IMG/VR virus record: IMGVR_UViG_3300025586_000002
Source: a virus
Strand: one strand, 5' to 3'
Length of the DNA stretch: 41,358 nt
The position numbers and the translations under genes were made by a program. The notes below the pieces were generated by a model. The model was given only the letters and a program-made list of their open reading frames with translations. It was not told the DNA's origin and ran no database searches. Shown here piece after piece: positions 41,056 through 41,358 of this stretch; the stretch's first letter is position 1; every line of letters begins with the position of its first letter.

Positions 41056-41310
41056 TGTGAACCACATATTAAACAATAGACAATATAGAAGAGAAAGACT
41101 AAGCTAAGAAAGATATTATTCTATTAAAAGCAATAGATAGTAATGTGAACCACATAAATGAATGTAAATGTAGTCTTAATGTATCTTGTATTAGCATTTT
41201 GTCTAACCCACAACCACATACTTCGCATAACATCAAACAACACACTTCTTAAAGGTAATACTTTATGTGGACCACACTTCGCATAATGTAAATCACAAAT
41301 GTGGACCACA
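41056..41310. repeat. array of TGTGRACCACA iterons (partial inverted repeats)
   Basis: tgtgaaccaca at 41056-41066 and 41144-41154. tgtggaccaca at 41266-41276 and 41300-41310 (the same as 35-45 and 69-79). A degenerate copy, cacaaccacat, lies near 41208. The exact reverse-complement copy tgtggtccaca is at 37292-37302. Confidence 0.75.
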
Positions 41311-41358
41311 CATAGACGGGGGGAGGGTAGGGAGAGTTGAACAGGAGAGGGGGATATA
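41232..41358. repeat. Terminal redundancy: identical to 1-127
   Basis: See the feature at 1-127. Confidence 0.95.

Noticed and set aside
41124-41309. 61-aa minus-strand ORF in the junction region
   Set aside because: It runs through the iteron array and into the duplicated end. Its composition and context fit non-coding DNA, and it has no AATAATATG or AAAACTATG-type start.
41056-41310. Could the repeated motifs be a CRISPR array?
   Set aside because: The repeats are only 11 nt long, few in number, irregularly spaced (34-88 bp) and partly degenerate. There are no cas genes. They fit iterons or operators better.
1-41358. tRNA, rRNA or tmRNA genes, and alternative genetic code
   Set aside because: I could not find any T-loop (GGTTCGAATCC-like) plus acceptor-stem arrangement in the ORF-free regions; ggtcgaat strings lack the rest of a cloverleaf. 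TAA, TAG and TGA all terminate well-supported genes, so there is no sign of stop-codon reassignment. A tRNAscan/Infernal run would be needed to be certain.

Overview
The window reads as one complete, tightly packed, visibly AT-rich tailed-phage genome with podovirus-like gene content. Bases 1-127 repeat exactly at 41232-41358, so the unique length is about 41,231 bp (circular assembly overlap or terminal redundancy). Layout: (i) an ORF-free control region of about 1.1 kb spans the junction (40740-41358 plus 1-634), with TGTGRACCACA iterons, a G-tract, a leftward and a rightward sigma70-like promoter, and a minus-strand terminator. (ii) A plus-strand late block (635-27580) holds a terS-like gene, a five-gene nucleotide-sugar/phospho-alcohol cassette, terL, portal, scaffold, major capsid, adaptor, a GT-B glycosyltransferase, a collagen-like tail fibre with accessory fibre, carbohydrate-binding and glycine-rich genes, large internal virion proteins and a lysis cassette. 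(iii) A bidirectional terminator sits near 27600. (iv) A minus-strand early block (40639-27652) holds about 36 mostly small genes driven by at least 10 near-consensus TTGACA-N16/17-TATACT promoters. It includes ERF, PD-(D/E)XK exonuclease and NinG recombination genes, but I recognise no polymerase, primase, helicase, integrase or repressor. I found no tRNA, rRNA or CRISPR array. The leads I rank highest are: (1) the glycan/teichoic-like decoration cassette embedded in the packaging/structural operon, plus the extra GT-B gene; (2) a self-contained island (30512-32885) with its own promoter and terminator, whose six genes all carry strong AGGAGG ribosome-binding sites that the rest of the genome lacks, encoding HNH, a mini-HAD, two paralogs and a C2H2-zinc-finger metallophosphoesterase; (3) several ORF-free, structured units bounded by a promoter and a terminator, which are candidate small or long noncoding RNAs, including an antisense RNA facing the lysis-cassette leader; (4) a tail-fibre locus with a shared junction module and repeated decayed start regions that suggests tip swapping. 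All functional calls rest on motifs read by eye. No database search or RNA folding was run.
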